Shown: one piece after another, positions 45,039-54,618 of the stretch | How the letters are laid out: every line of letters starts with the position of its first letter | How positions within the stretch are numbered: the stretch's first letter is position 1 | Translations under genes and position numbers: made by a program | Assembly (NCBI GenBank): GCA_949297765.1 | Contig: CASFTV010000007.1 | Location: forward strand, 47,260-111,259 | Direction: 5' to 3' | Length of the DNA stretch: 64,000 nucleotides | Origin: an uncultured bacterium | GTDB taxonomy: Bacteria > Verrucomicrobiota > Lentisphaeria > Victivallales > UBA1829 | Notes under the pieces: generated by a model | Told to the model about the DNA's origin: nothing | The model's input: only the letters and a program-made list of their open reading frames with translations | Databases searched by the model: none

Positions 45039-45827
45039 TCACCGGTTCACCGCCCGGACCTCCATGCCCGGCGCCAGATCCCGGAAACTGCCTTCCGTCA
45101 CAATCGCAGCACTGGTGAAATTCCGCATTGCAATGACCTTCATCGCAACCTTTCCGGTCCTCAGAACCAGCCCCATCCGGACCCCGTTCCGATACCCCGC
45201 CGACAGAATCACAAGTTCCGGCTTCTCGTTCAGTTCATAGATCCGGCAGCTCTCCAGTTTTTCCGGAGGCACCGCAGGTTTCGCCAGCAGAGCGGCCTTC
45301 ATCGCATACTCTTTCAGAGTTTCGAGCTTCAGGCGCATCCGCGCTGCTTCGATCGGATTCGACACATTTTCGGACAGGACGGCATTCGTCTCTTCGCAAT
45401 ATCTCAGCACTTCCACCGAGAGCCGCCCGATTGCTTCTGCACATTCTTTCAAATCGGCTTCCAGTTCCATCTCCCTGGCGCCCATATACACCGGTTCAAG
45501 GGTTTCGATGGTCCCGGCGGCGCTCTTTTCCAGTCGCTTCAGTCGTCCGGCCTGCGTCGAATACTTGTCGAGTGTTTCAATCAGCTCCTTGCGAAGCACG
45601 CTTCCCTCTTCCTGGGAACCGGCTTTCAAACGCCCGTTCGTCATCCGAAGCTCGGCGTTCTCCTGCTTCAGACGATCAATTTCCGCCTGAAGTTTCGCAA
45701 TTTTTCTGTTGCTGTCATAATCCTCCGCCCGCAATCCGGGCAGAAAGATTCCGCACAGAGTCAATAATATAACTCCGACTCGGAGAAAATTCCAATTTTT
45801 TTTCAATTTTTTTTCTCTTTTCGCCAT
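45039..45827 (-). CDS. Membrane-anchored coiled-coil hypothetical protein
   Basis: N-terminal TM VGVILLTLCGIFLPG. Heptad-rich region KIAKLQAEIDRLKQENAELRM. C-terminal beta-rich domain. No family recognised. Confidence 0.6.
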   Translation of the reverse strand: MAKREKKLKKNWNFLRVGVILLTLCGIFLPGLRAEDYDSNRKIAKLQAEIDRLKQENAELRMTNGRLKAGSQEEGSVLRKELIETLDKYSTQAGRLKRLEKSAAGTIETLEPVYMGAREMELEADLKECAEAIGRLSVEVLRYCEETNAVLSENVSNPIEAARMRLKLETLKEYAMKAALLAKPAVPPEKLESCRIYELNEKPELVILSAGYRNGVRMGLVLRTGKVAMKVIAMRNFTSAAIVTEGSFRDLAPGMEVRAVNR

Positions 45828-45921
45828 TCCGTCCGGAGAATCTCCCTCTTCGATTCTTCTACAATACCACAGAAAGAAACGATTTGCAAGTCTTCGCCGG
45901 AGAAAACGGGATCGGAGTCTT

Positions 45922-46590
45922 TTACTTCATTCCGCTCTCTTCGCAGAGCCGGCGGAAAAAATCGTGCATGAACGCCGCACGTTCCTCTGCCGCGGCGCGG
46001 CCGGCGTCCGTCAGCATCCGTCCGGGAACGTCGCGGAGTTTGACCAGGTACTCCCGGTAGGCGGAGTCCTCCCGGCCGTATTCACTCCCCGCCAGTGCCT
46101 CCTCCGACGTGTTGTGCAGACGCGCTCCGACTCGCCCCGCAAAATGAAACGCCCGGCCGATCCCCACGGCACCGATCGAATCCAGTTTATCCGCATCGTA
46201 CACCAGTTTATCTATCTGCGTCTCCGGACGGTCTTTTCCCCGGTAGCGGTGGCGGCGGACCGCGTCGGCGACGATTCCGATCAGCCGTTCATCTCCGCAT
46301 CCGCACTCCCGGAGAATCCCGGCCGCCTTTCCGCTCCCCGCCTGCGCATGACAGATCCGTCCTTCCGACTGCAGCTCCTCCGGACGGGCCACATCATGCA
46401 GCAGCGCCGCAAGCGACACCGCCAGAAACGATTCCGAATCCGATTCCTCCAGCTCCCGGCGCGCGAGAAGGAGCGCATTCCGAAGGACCCGTTCCGTATG
46501 ATCGAAATCATGGCAGCCGGGAGCATTGCTCAGTTCGGCGCGCACCCGTTCCTCGATCCGCCGCAGTAATTCTTCGCTGTTGATCGGCAT
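45922..46590 (-). CDS. HD-domain phosphohydrolase
   Basis: HDFDHTERV and LLHDVARPE motifs. ATG at 46590; the track start at 46593 is GTG. Confidence 0.8.
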   Translation of the reverse strand: MPINSEELLRRIEERVRAELSNAPGCHDFDHTERVLRNALLLARRELEESDSESFLAVSLAALLHDVARPEELQSEGRICHAQAGSGKAAGILRECGCGDERLIGIVADAVRRHRYRGKDRPETQIDKLVYDADKLDSIGAVGIGRAFHFAGRVGARLHNTSEEALAGSEYGREDSAYREYLVKLRDVPGRMLTDAGRAAAEERAAFMHDFFRRLCEESGMK

Positions 46591-46619
46591 CACAAAAAAG
46601 ACGGCTGTGAAGCCGTCTT
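46591..46619 (-). terminator. Terminator-like hairpin after glgC
   Basis: On the minus strand: AAGACGGCT TCAC AGCCGTCTT followed by TTTTGTG. It abuts the HD gene start, so read-through into the HD gene is possible. Confidence 0.5.
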
Positions 46620-46653
46620 CTCCTTTTTCTTCATTCCGGCCGGAACCGGATGT

Positions 46654-48012
46654 TTATTTCTGTTTTCCATCCGTTTCCGCCGCGGGCGCAGCTTCCGTTT
46701 CCGGGACTCCGGCCTCGTGGGTCTCGACGCTCTTGGGCAGTTCATAGGAGCTGGAGTGGCGGTCTTTCGGAATCACCGTCAGCCACTGGCCGCCGCCGAT
46801 ATCCACGACCTTGTAGCGTTTGGCATCCTCTTCGCGGTCGTACCCGATCGTCGTATTGCGCGGGATCAGGTTATGCTTGTCGATGATCGCGTTGCGGATC
46901 CGGCAGTGTTCCCCGACGTCAACATCGTTCAGCAGAATGCTGTTATGCACGGTCGCATAGCTGTGGACGTACACCGAATTGAAAAGAACGGAGTTCGTGA
47001 CCGTGCTTCCCGAAACGATGCAGCCGTCGCAGACGATGGAGTTGATCGCCTTCCCGATCCGCGGAAGCCCGAACGTATCCACATCCTCGTTATGCACGAA
47101 TTTTGCCGGGGGAAGACTGAAGTGATAGTTGTAGATCGGCCATTTGTCATTGTAGAGATCCAGCTGCGGCTGGGTCGAGCGGAGGTCCATATTGGCCTCG
47201 AAATACGCCTTCAGCGTGCCAACATCCCGCCAGTAGGGTTTTTCCGTGATCGCCTGCCCCGGGATCTTGTTGGAGTAGAAGTTATAAGCGTACAGGCGTT
47301 TTGTTCCCACCAGACTCGGAATGATATCCTTGCCGAAATCGTGGGAGCTGCCCTTCTGTTCGTAGTCATTCTTGAGCAGAGCGAGCATATCGTTCGAATT
47401 GAAGATATAGTTGCCCATGGAGGCGAGCGCCATGTTCTTGTCGTTCGGAAGGGGAGTCGGATCCTTGGGCTTCTCCTGGAAGCCGACGATCCGCCAGTCC
47501 TTGTCCACCTGGATGATTCCGAACTGGCTGGCTTCGCTGATCGGGACCGGGATGGCGGCCACGGTTGCAATGGCATTATGGCAGCAGTGGAAATCGACCA
47601 TCTGGCTGATATCCATCTTATAGATATGATCTCCGCCGAACACCGCCACATGATCGGGTTTGAAGTCTTCGATCAGCGCCATATTCTGGTAGATGGCGTC
47701 CGCGGTGCCGCGGTACCAGGTGCGGTCCTGGGTCTGCATCTGTGCGGGGACCGGAATGATGAAGCTGCCGCGGACCTGTGTCGAGGAGATGTTCCAGCCG
47801 TTGATGATGTGTTCCATCAGACTCTGCGACTTGAACTGTGTCAGAACAAAAATGCTGTTGATTCCGCTGTTCACGAAATTGCTCAGGACAAAGTCGATGA
47901 TGCGGTATTTCCCTCCGAACGGAACGGCGGGTTTGGCCCGCTGATCGGTCAGGGGGGCAAGTCTGGTTCCTTCTCCGCCGGCAAGAATCATTCCAAGAAC
48001 TGATGTTCTCAT
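46654..48012 (-). CDS. glgC: Glucose-1-phosphate adenylyltransferase
   Basis: ILAGGEGTRLAPLTDQRAKPAVPFGGKYRIIDFVLSNFVNSGI. Left-handed beta-helix C-terminus plus a short Pro/Ala/Glu tail. Confidence 0.9.
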   Translation of the reverse strand: MRTSVLGMILAGGEGTRLAPLTDQRAKPAVPFGGKYRIIDFVLSNFVNSGINSIFVLTQFKSQSLMEHIINGWNISSTQVRGSFIIPVPAQMQTQDRTWYRGTADAIYQNMALIEDFKPDHVAVFGGDHIYKMDISQMVDFHCCHNAIATVAAIPVPISEASQFGIIQVDKDWRIVGFQEKPKDPTPLPNDKNMALASMGNYIFNSNDMLALLKNDYEQKGSSHDFGKDIIPSLVGTKRLYAYNFYSNKIPGQAITEKPYWRDVGTLKAYFEANMDLRSTQPQLDLYNDKWPIYNYHFSLPPAKFVHNEDVDTFGLPRIGKAINSIVCDGCIVSGSTVTNSVLFNSVYVHSYATVHNSILLNDVDVGEHCRIRNAIIDKHNLIPRNTTIGYDREEDAKRYKVVDIGGGQWLTVIPKDRHSSSYELPKSVETHEAGVPETEAAPAAETDGKQK

Positions 48013-48299
48013 TCGTCACTCTCCTTTTGCATGCGATTGATGATCCCTCTTTATACAATACAGAGGTATTTCAAAAAAACAACAGAAAAAGATGTGAAAA
48101 AAACTGTTTTTTTATAAAAATCCGGTTAAATCCCCATCGAAACACGGTCCCCGCGTTCTTCCGCCTCCGTCTCCGGGCGGATTCGGGAAATTCGCGGAAG
48201 GAAAACTTGAAAGAGACTCGGTCGTCCGCTATATTTCTCTGACGGCACGGGAAAACGGTCAGAACCGGGAGATGCAGAGAACCGGAGGAATAGGGGAAA

Positions 48300-49262
48300 A
48301 TGAAAAAAATTCTGCTGAAGGATCTTGCGGAAGAGCTGGGAATTTCCATCTCCCAGGTGTCGCGCGCGCTGAATCAGAAGGCCGATGTGGCGCCGGAGAT
48401 CCGCGCACGGGCTCTCGAACTCGCACGGAAAAGAAACTACCGGAACTTTTCCGGAAAACACCGGAAAGCCATCGCCGTCATTCTTCCCCGCTTCAACGAA
48501 TTCTATGGAGCGATCCTCAACGAAATTCTGATCCAGGGGAAAAAGCGCGGATGGAAAATTGTCATCATCCCCAGCCAGAACATTGAACTTCTCAACGACC
48601 AGCTTTTCGACGGTGCGCTCATGATCTCCGGCGAACCCATCGCCATGAAATGGCACGAACGCTATAACATTCCGCTGGTGGTCATCAACAATTTCGGATC
48701 GGCACTGAACCGCATCTGCTCTGTTTTCCCCGACGCCGACGGCGAAGTCCGCGCCGCGATGGAGCATTTCATCGCTCTCGGACACACCCGCATCGCCCGG
48801 ATCCGCGGACACGGTTCGAACGCAACGGAACAGGAGCTTCAGCGCGGACTCGACGAACTCTACCGCATTGCCGACCTTCACGGAATCCGGGATTCCGTCC
48901 GCAACTGCTGCGGAGCCACCCTCGATGAAAAAATCCGCCATGTCCTCGCCCTGATCCGGGAGGGATTCACCGCATTCCTCGTGGTCATCAGCGACGAAGC
49001 CCCGATCCTGCTTGACGCCATCCGGAAGAGCGGGAAACGCGTCCCGGAAGAGATTTCCATCATCACCTATGAATCTCCGCCGGTTTCCGCGTTCCAGACA
49101 CCCCCTCTGACCACGCTGGAATTCAATTATCCGCGTCTGGTCTCCTGTGCGCTCCACCAGCTCGGATTTGAAATGAACGGCAAGGAAAGCGCCTCTCAGA
49201 TTCTTGTTCCCGTCCGCATGAACCTCCGGGGCAGCACAGCGCCCCGGATTTCAAAATCATAA
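48300..49262 (+). CDS. LacI family transcriptional regulator
   Basis: HTH LKDLAEELGISISQVSRALNQK plus a PBP1 body. Confidence 0.9.
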   Translation: MKKILLKDLAEELGISISQVSRALNQKADVAPEIRARALELARKRNYRNFSGKHRKAIAVILPRFNEFYGAILNEILIQGKKRGWKIVIIPSQNIELLNDQLFDGALMISGEPIAMKWHERYNIPLVVINNFGSALNRICSVFPDADGEVRAAMEHFIALGHTRIARIRGHGSNATEQELQRGLDELYRIADLHGIRDSVRNCCGATLDEKIRHVLALIREGFTAFLVVISDEAPILLDAIRKSGKRVPEEISIITYESPPVSAFQTPPLTTLEFNYPRLVSCALHQLGFEMNGKESASQILVPVRMNLRGSTAPRISKS

Positions 49263-49295
49263 GAACAGACGCAGGACCGGAGATCGCTCTGCGCA

Positions 49296-50624
49296 TCAGA
49301 GCCATGCACCCAGAGCAGTCAGGCGGTTCCGGACTTCAACTCCGTCGAGTTCCGAGGAAGAGATTCCCCTCCGGCAAGCCATTGCGGCGGCAAGCCCGGC
49401 AGCCTGTCCGACACTGCACGCGGGCGGCATGACCCGGGAACTCGCATGGAGTTCGTGGGATACGGAAATCGGACGGCCCGCGATGGTCAGATTGTCGACA
49501 TCCGCCGCGACGATGCACCCGAACGGAATCTCGTAATATTCGCTTTTCGGCATAAAGACACACGACGTTCCGGAGCCGGTCACGCTGTGAATGTCAATCG
49601 GGTAGTTGCATCGGGCGATCGCATCCGGGAATTTGCTCCGCCGGAGAAAATCCTCCTGCGTAAGATAGGCGCGTCCTCTGATACGGCGGCTTTCGCGGAC
49701 TCCGATTTCCGACGCCATCGAGTGGATCATGGCATGTTCGAAGCCGGGAACTTCGGAACGGAGCCAGTTCACGAACTGGCGCATCTGGCGGCGCCCTTCC
49801 AGTTCGGCTTCGGATCTTTCCAGAGCGTCGATCGCGGATTTGCCGAGAACGCGTGTCGTGTTGAAATGGAAAATATCGTCGTCGTAATAACCGAACATCA
49901 GGACATTTTCGCGTTTGCACTCAATCCGGCCATCCTCGCGGGCTTTGAGATAGAGTTCCTGCATCTTCCGGTTGTTCATTGCGGACCTGTCCACATGGGA
50001 GAGCTTGAAACAGAGGGTCATCGGCTGACAGAGTCCGTGGGCGGTATCTCCGAATTCAAAACGGCATCCCGCCAGCGCGGCAAGATCGCCGTCGCCGCTG
50101 GCATCGACAAAATTTTTCGCACGAATGGCGACAAATCCCGATTTCGTATGAAACACGCCGTACCGGATTTCCCGATTCTCCACGGAGACCGCCACAAGCC
50201 GGAAATGGTAGAACAGTTTCACTCCCGCCTCCAGACAGAGATCCTCCATCGCCAGCGAAATCAGATCCTTCGAGACCATGAAACGGGAACTGTTCCAGTC
50301 CGTATCGGAGGCGGATGGCCGCAGATCTTCCGGCAGATAGCTCCACAGGCGCTCCATCAGTTCGGTATACACAGGCTGATCCATCGACACGCCGTGTTCC
50401 AGCTTTCCGTCGGCGGCGTAATGATTGATCATCATGGGTGTGACCTCGCCGAACGCGGCGGTTCCGCCCATACAGCCGTGCTGTTCCGCCAGGACCGTGA
50501 CCGCCCCCTCGCGCGCCGACATCACCGCCGCGCCGACGCCTCCGGGTCCGCCCCCCACAACCAGAACATCCGCTTCCGCAACAACCGGAATCTCCTTCTC
50601 CAGCGAGAACTGTACCGTTTTCAT
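49296..50624 (-). CDS. FAD-dependent oxidoreductase (FAD_oxidored-type)
   Basis: Dinucleotide-binding motif ADVLVVGGGPGGVGAAV at the N-terminus. Confidence 0.8.
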   Translation of the reverse strand: MKTVQFSLEKEIPVVAEADVLVVGGGPGGVGAAVMSAREGAVTVLAEQHGCMGGTAAFGEVTPMMINHYAADGKLEHGVSMDQPVYTELMERLWSYLPEDLRPSASDTDWNSSRFMVSKDLISLAMEDLCLEAGVKLFYHFRLVAVSVENREIRYGVFHTKSGFVAIRAKNFVDASGDGDLAALAGCRFEFGDTAHGLCQPMTLCFKLSHVDRSAMNNRKMQELYLKAREDGRIECKRENVLMFGYYDDDIFHFNTTRVLGKSAIDALERSEAELEGRRQMRQFVNWLRSEVPGFEHAMIHSMASEIGVRESRRIRGRAYLTQEDFLRRSKFPDAIARCNYPIDIHSVTGSGTSCVFMPKSEYYEIPFGCIVAADVDNLTIAGRPISVSHELHASSRVMPPACSVGQAAGLAAAMACRRGISSSELDGVEVRNRLTALGAWL

Positions 50625-50785
50625 TCCGTCTTCCGCTCCTTTTCTCCATCTTGGAATTTCATCGGATTTTTCCTGCCGGATCCTATTATACTGCCGATTC
50701 CGGGAAAAAGATAGATCCGATTCAGCTGTTTTTCTTGCATTTCATGCTGATAATGCTATTTTTTTACCGGAAAGGATTGTATTTC

Positions 50786-51682
50786 ATGTTGAAAGTCCCG
50801 GAACAGGCGATTCAGTGCTTTGAAGAATTGACAGAGACCAGGGTCTCCTGCTATGTGCATACGCCGATCTTCACGCAGGCGCTGAAGTACAGGATCCACA
50901 ACAACCGGACCTGCAGCGAGGTCAAACAGAACTTCGGGGCGATGTGTACCAGCTTCGACTGTCTCGGATTCTGCCGGGACGCATGGAAAATCCCGGAAGG
51001 ATGCGTCAAGCTCTGCCATGCGGGAATTCTGGAATGGGTGTTTCCGGTGATGCGGGACGGCAAACTGCTCTGTCTTCTGACGGCGGGAATCCGCCGGCCG
51101 CCCGAAAAGGGAATCCCTCCCGAACTGCTTCCGATCACAGCGCAGGAACGGGTTCATCCGCCGGATCTTTCTCCGGTGCGCCGGGCATCGCAGGAGGAGC
51201 TGTTCCGGACGCTGGAGGCGCTCCGTCAGCTCGGGGCAAGACTGCTCCTCTGGTATGAAAAAATGATCCGCGACGATTTTCCACCGTCCGATCTCTCCCG
51301 CGAAGACCGGATCCGCCTCCTCATCAACCGGGAGGCTTCCAAACAGATGACGCTGAAAAAACTTGCAGGGGAAATTCATCTGAGTCCGAGCCGGACGGCA
51401 CACCTTGTCCGGGAAACCACCGGGGAAAGTTTTTCGGACCTTCTGATGAGAAACCGTCTGGAATATGCCGCCGATCTTCTGAAAAACACGATCCGCCCGG
51501 TTTCGGCAATCGCTTTTGACTGCGGCTTCGGTTCCGCCGCGAATTTCCACCGGATGTTCCGGAAATACTACGGGATCACACCGCTGGCCTGCCGCAGAAG
51601 TCTCTCCCGTCCGCTGTTCCGGAAGGCCGGCAGACCGGCACCCTCCGGAGAAAAAGGAGTCCGGACTCCGCCGGATTCATGA
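50786..51682 (+). CDS. AraC family regulator with Cys-rich (PocR-like) N-terminal domain
   Basis: Start uncertain: ATG at 50786 chosen, and the track ORF begins at 50651. N-terminal RTCSEVKQNFGAMCTSFDCLGFCRDAWKIPEGCVKLCHAGILEWVFPVMRDGKLLCLLTAG. C-terminal HTH IAFDCGFGSAANFHRMFRKYYGITP. Confidence 0.75.
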   Translation: MLKVPEQAIQCFEELTETRVSCYVHTPIFTQALKYRIHNNRTCSEVKQNFGAMCTSFDCLGFCRDAWKIPEGCVKLCHAGILEWVFPVMRDGKLLCLLTAGIRRPPEKGIPPELLPITAQERVHPPDLSPVRRASQEELFRTLEALRQLGARLLLWYEKMIRDDFPPSDLSREDRIRLLINREASKQMTLKKLAGEIHLSPSRTAHLVRETTGESFSDLLMRNRLEYAADLLKNTIRPVSAIAFDCGFGSAANFHRMFRKYYGITPLACRRSLSRPLFRKAGRPAPSGEKGVRTPPDS

Positions 51683-51803
51683 ATCCGGAACTGCCGCGGA
51701 CGGGAGGTCCTGGCAGACCCCCCAAAAAAAACGGAACTCCCGCACATCGCAGGAATTCCGTTTGCGTCGAATCCCCTCCCCCGGGAAGACCGGTTCAGGG
51801 ATG

Positions 51804-52886
51804 TCAAATGCGGATCGGCTCGCCGGTTCCGGCAGACTTGTAGACCGCGTCCAGGATCTGCATGACCGTCACGCCCTCTTCCGGCTGGACCAGGAAGGGG
51901 GTGTTGTCCCGGACAGCATCGACAAAGAGCTGGAACGCGCTCGGGACGGAGTGGGCCGTGTGCATCTTGCTGTCAAAGGCGCGTCCCGCGATTTCGGAGT
52001 AATATTCGACCTCGTAGGTGTAGCCCTCGTTCAGGTTGTACTGATACATGCCGCCCTTGTCGCCGAGCAGACGGATGGTCTGCAGTTCGTTCTCCCGGAT
52101 ATTGCTTGCCCAGGAGGCGTCCAGTTCCAGCGTGCTGCCGTTTTCGAATTTGATCATTGCGCACGCGAGATCTTCCACGGTGTAGTGCAGCCCCTGCTGT
52201 TCCGCAAGGCGCGGACCGAATTTGTCATAGGTGCTCGCCATGACCCAGGCCGGCTTCGGATATCCCATCAGCCAGAGCGCAAGGTCGAGACGGTGTACGC
52301 CGAGATCAATCAGCGGTCCGCCTCCGGACTGCGCCTTGTCATAAAACCACGATCCCATCGGAGAACCGGATCCGGTGTTGAAATTGTTGGCGGCCAGTCC
52401 GGGAATTCCACGGCGGCGGAACCAGACACTCCGGGCATAATAGATATTGCCGAGCGCCCCTTCCTCAATCATCGCCTTCATCGCACGGGACTGCGGATTG
52501 AAGCGGTAGGAGAAGTCGATGCCCAGTTTTTTTCCGCAGCGTTTTGCGGTGTCAAGCATCTCCTGCGCCTCCTGCGCGTTCATTGCCATCGGCTTTTCGC
52601 AGAGGACGTTGGCACCAGCCTCCAGTCCGGCGATCGTCAGCTCCCTGTGCTGGTTGTTGGGAACGGCGACCGAGAGGATGTCGAGCTTCTCGTTCCGGAT
52701 CATATCAATGCCTTCGTGATAGACCTTTCCCTGGAAATCCGGCCATTTTTCCGGAAGGAGCGCACGGCGGTCCTCCCGGCGGTCTGCGATTGCCACCACC
52801 TCGACGTCGGGATGCGCAAGATATCCGGCAAGATGCCCTCCGCCCATTCCCAGTCCGATAACTCCCGCTCTCAGCAGTTCGCCCAT
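51804..52886 (-). CDS. Gfo/Idh/MocA family oxidoreductase
   Basis: N-terminal Rossmann motif LRAGVIGLGMGGGH. Begins 1 nt after the ThuA gene stop. Confidence 0.85.
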   Translation of the reverse strand: MGELLRAGVIGLGMGGGHLAGYLAHPDVEVVAIADRREDRRALLPEKWPDFQGKVYHEGIDMIRNEKLDILSVAVPNNQHRELTIAGLEAGANVLCEKPMAMNAQEAQEMLDTAKRCGKKLGIDFSYRFNPQSRAMKAMIEEGALGNIYYARSVWFRRRGIPGLAANNFNTGSGSPMGSWFYDKAQSGGGPLIDLGVHRLDLALWLMGYPKPAWVMASTYDKFGPRLAEQQGLHYTVEDLACAMIKFENGSTLELDASWASNIRENELQTIRLLGDKGGMYQYNLNEGYTYEVEYYSEIAGRAFDSKMHTAHSVPSAFQLFVDAVRDNTPFLVQPEEGVTVMQILDAVYKSAGTGEPIRI

Positions 52887-52887
52887 A

Positions 52888-53643
52888 TCACTTTTCTCCT
52901 TTTCCGTTTCCGATTGTTTCCAGCGGCTCGACCATTCGGCAGCCGGCAGGAATGTTGACGCGGGCCGCGGTCCATTTTGCGGCGTTGACCAGCACTTTCT
53001 GGACCGTCGGATCGTAGAAGATCGGGAACGTTTCGTGGCCGGGAGCGAAATAGAAGATGCGTCCGTTGCCGCGGGTGAAGGTCACGCCGCTGCGGAAGAC
53101 CTCTCCGCCCTCGTACCAGGTGATGAAGACCGTGTCGTCCGGACGGGGAATGTCAAAGCGTTCCCCGTACATTTCGGTGTGCGGAAGTTCAAAATACTCG
53201 GGAAGACCGGATGCGATCGGATGGGAGGGTTCCACAACCCAGACCCGCTCCCGCTCACCGACCTCGCGCCAGCGGAGATCCGCGGTCGTTCCGAGCATCC
53301 GCATGAAGATCTTGGATTTATGGCCGGAGTGAAGGACCACGAGTCCCATTCCGGAAAGAATGCGTTTCTGAATCCGGTCGACGATCTCGTCGCGGACCGC
53401 TCCGTGTGCGCAGTGGCCCCACCAGAACAGAACATCGGTGTTGTCGAGAACCTCCTGCGAAAGACCGTGATCCGGTTCTTCCAGCGTTGCCGTGCGGACT
53501 TCAAAATCACCTTCCGCGGACAGAAAATCCGCAATTGCCTGATGAATTCCCTTCGGATAGACGGCCGCCACCGCGGGGCTCTCCTTCTCATGACGGAACT
53601 CATTCCATACTGTGCCCCTGATCTTCTTGTTCATGACATCCAT
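52888..53643 (-). CDS. ThuA-domain protein
   Basis: VWNEFRHEK ... [12 protein letters not shown] ... [13 protein letters not shown] ... [16 protein letters not shown]-type pattern. Confidence 0.85.
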   Translation of the reverse strand: MDVMNKKIRGTVWNEFRHEKESPAVAAVYPKGIHQAIADFLSAEGDFEVRTATLEEPDHGLSQEVLDNTDVLFWWGHCAHGAVRDEIVDRIQKRILSGMGLVVLHSGHKSKIFMRMLGTTADLRWREVGERERVWVVEPSHPIASGLPEYFELPHTEMYGERFDIPRPDDTVFITWYEGGEVFRSGVTFTRGNGRIFYFAPGHETFPIFYDPTVQKVLVNAAKWTAARVNIPAGCRMVEPLETIGNGKGEK

Positions 53644-53763
53644 CCTTCCTTTTCGTGACTGAAAAAAACCTCCATATTGTTAATATAGACGCTTGAAAAA
53701 TCGCGTCAAGAATGTAATAGTACACAATATGTGATAAAAACATTACACTTTGTGAGCGGCAAT

Positions 53764-54618
53764 ATGAGGCTATGGCAAGTACGTTTCCAGATTTTGAAAC
53801 CGATCGAATCCCTTCCCATTCCCGATGAAATCGTTCTGGAAATCCAGAACTCACCGTCCTACCATCTGGAGGGCGCAAAACGCCAGGTGGAGGAGGGGTG
53901 CGCGCAAATCGTAACCACCATCTCGGGAGAAGGCGCCTTCCGCTGCGGGAATGAGATCACCCGCCTGACGCCGGGAAAAACCTTCCTGGCAAAACTCAAC
54001 GATCCGGAGACGGCGTACTATTATCCCGGTCACGCCTCCGAACCCTGGATCTTCCTCTGGATCTCCTTCTACGGGAAATACATGGAGGAGATGGTCAACG
54101 ATCTCAACGCCCGCTACGGATACACCTTCGATCTGCCGCTTGACAAGGGATTTGTCAAACACCTGGAATCCTACAAGAGTCAGGACAACACATTCCAGTT
54201 CCTCACGCCGACCGCGGGATCAAAAATCGTCTTCGACGCGCTCGCCATCTTCGGAGAAAACATCGAATACAAGGAGAGTTTCTCCCCGAAGGCGGAACTG
54301 GTCCGCTCCGCACAGGAGCTGATCTCCGCAAATCTGGAACGGGAACTGGACATTGCGGCGATCGCGGAAAAACTGCATGTCTCGCGCGAGCATCTGACAC
54401 GGGTCTTCCGGGCACAGACAGGAATCACGCCGGGCGCCTTCGCCACCGATGAACGCATGAGAGTCGCCCGCCGGCTTCTCCGTGACAACTCCCTGACCTG
54501 CAAGGAGATCGGAGAACGGCTCGGATATGTCTCCGCAACGAGCTTCGCGCGCGCGTTCAAAAACTACCACCGCTGCAGCCCCGACAGCTATAAAAACCGG
54601 AAAGGAGGAGAGGTATGA
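53764..54618 (+). CDS. AraC family transcriptional regulator
   Basis: Start uncertain: the track start at 53731 is GTG without an SD, and the ATG at 53764 was chosen. Cupin-like N-terminus. HTH IAEKLHVSREHLTRVFRAQTGITP ... GYVSATSFARAFKNYHRCSP. Confidence 0.8.
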   Translation: MRLWQVRFQILKPIESLPIPDEIVLEIQNSPSYHLEGAKRQVEEGCAQIVTTISGEGAFRCGNEITRLTPGKTFLAKLNDPETAYYYPGHASEPWIFLWISFYGKYMEEMVNDLNARYGYTFDLPLDKGFVKHLESYKSQDNTFQFLTPTAGSKIVFDALAIFGENIEYKESFSPKAELVRSAQELISANLERELDIAAIAEKLHVSREHLTRVFRAQTGITPGAFATDERMRVARRLLRDNSLTCKEIGERLGYVSATSFARAFKNYHRCSPDSYKNRKGGEV

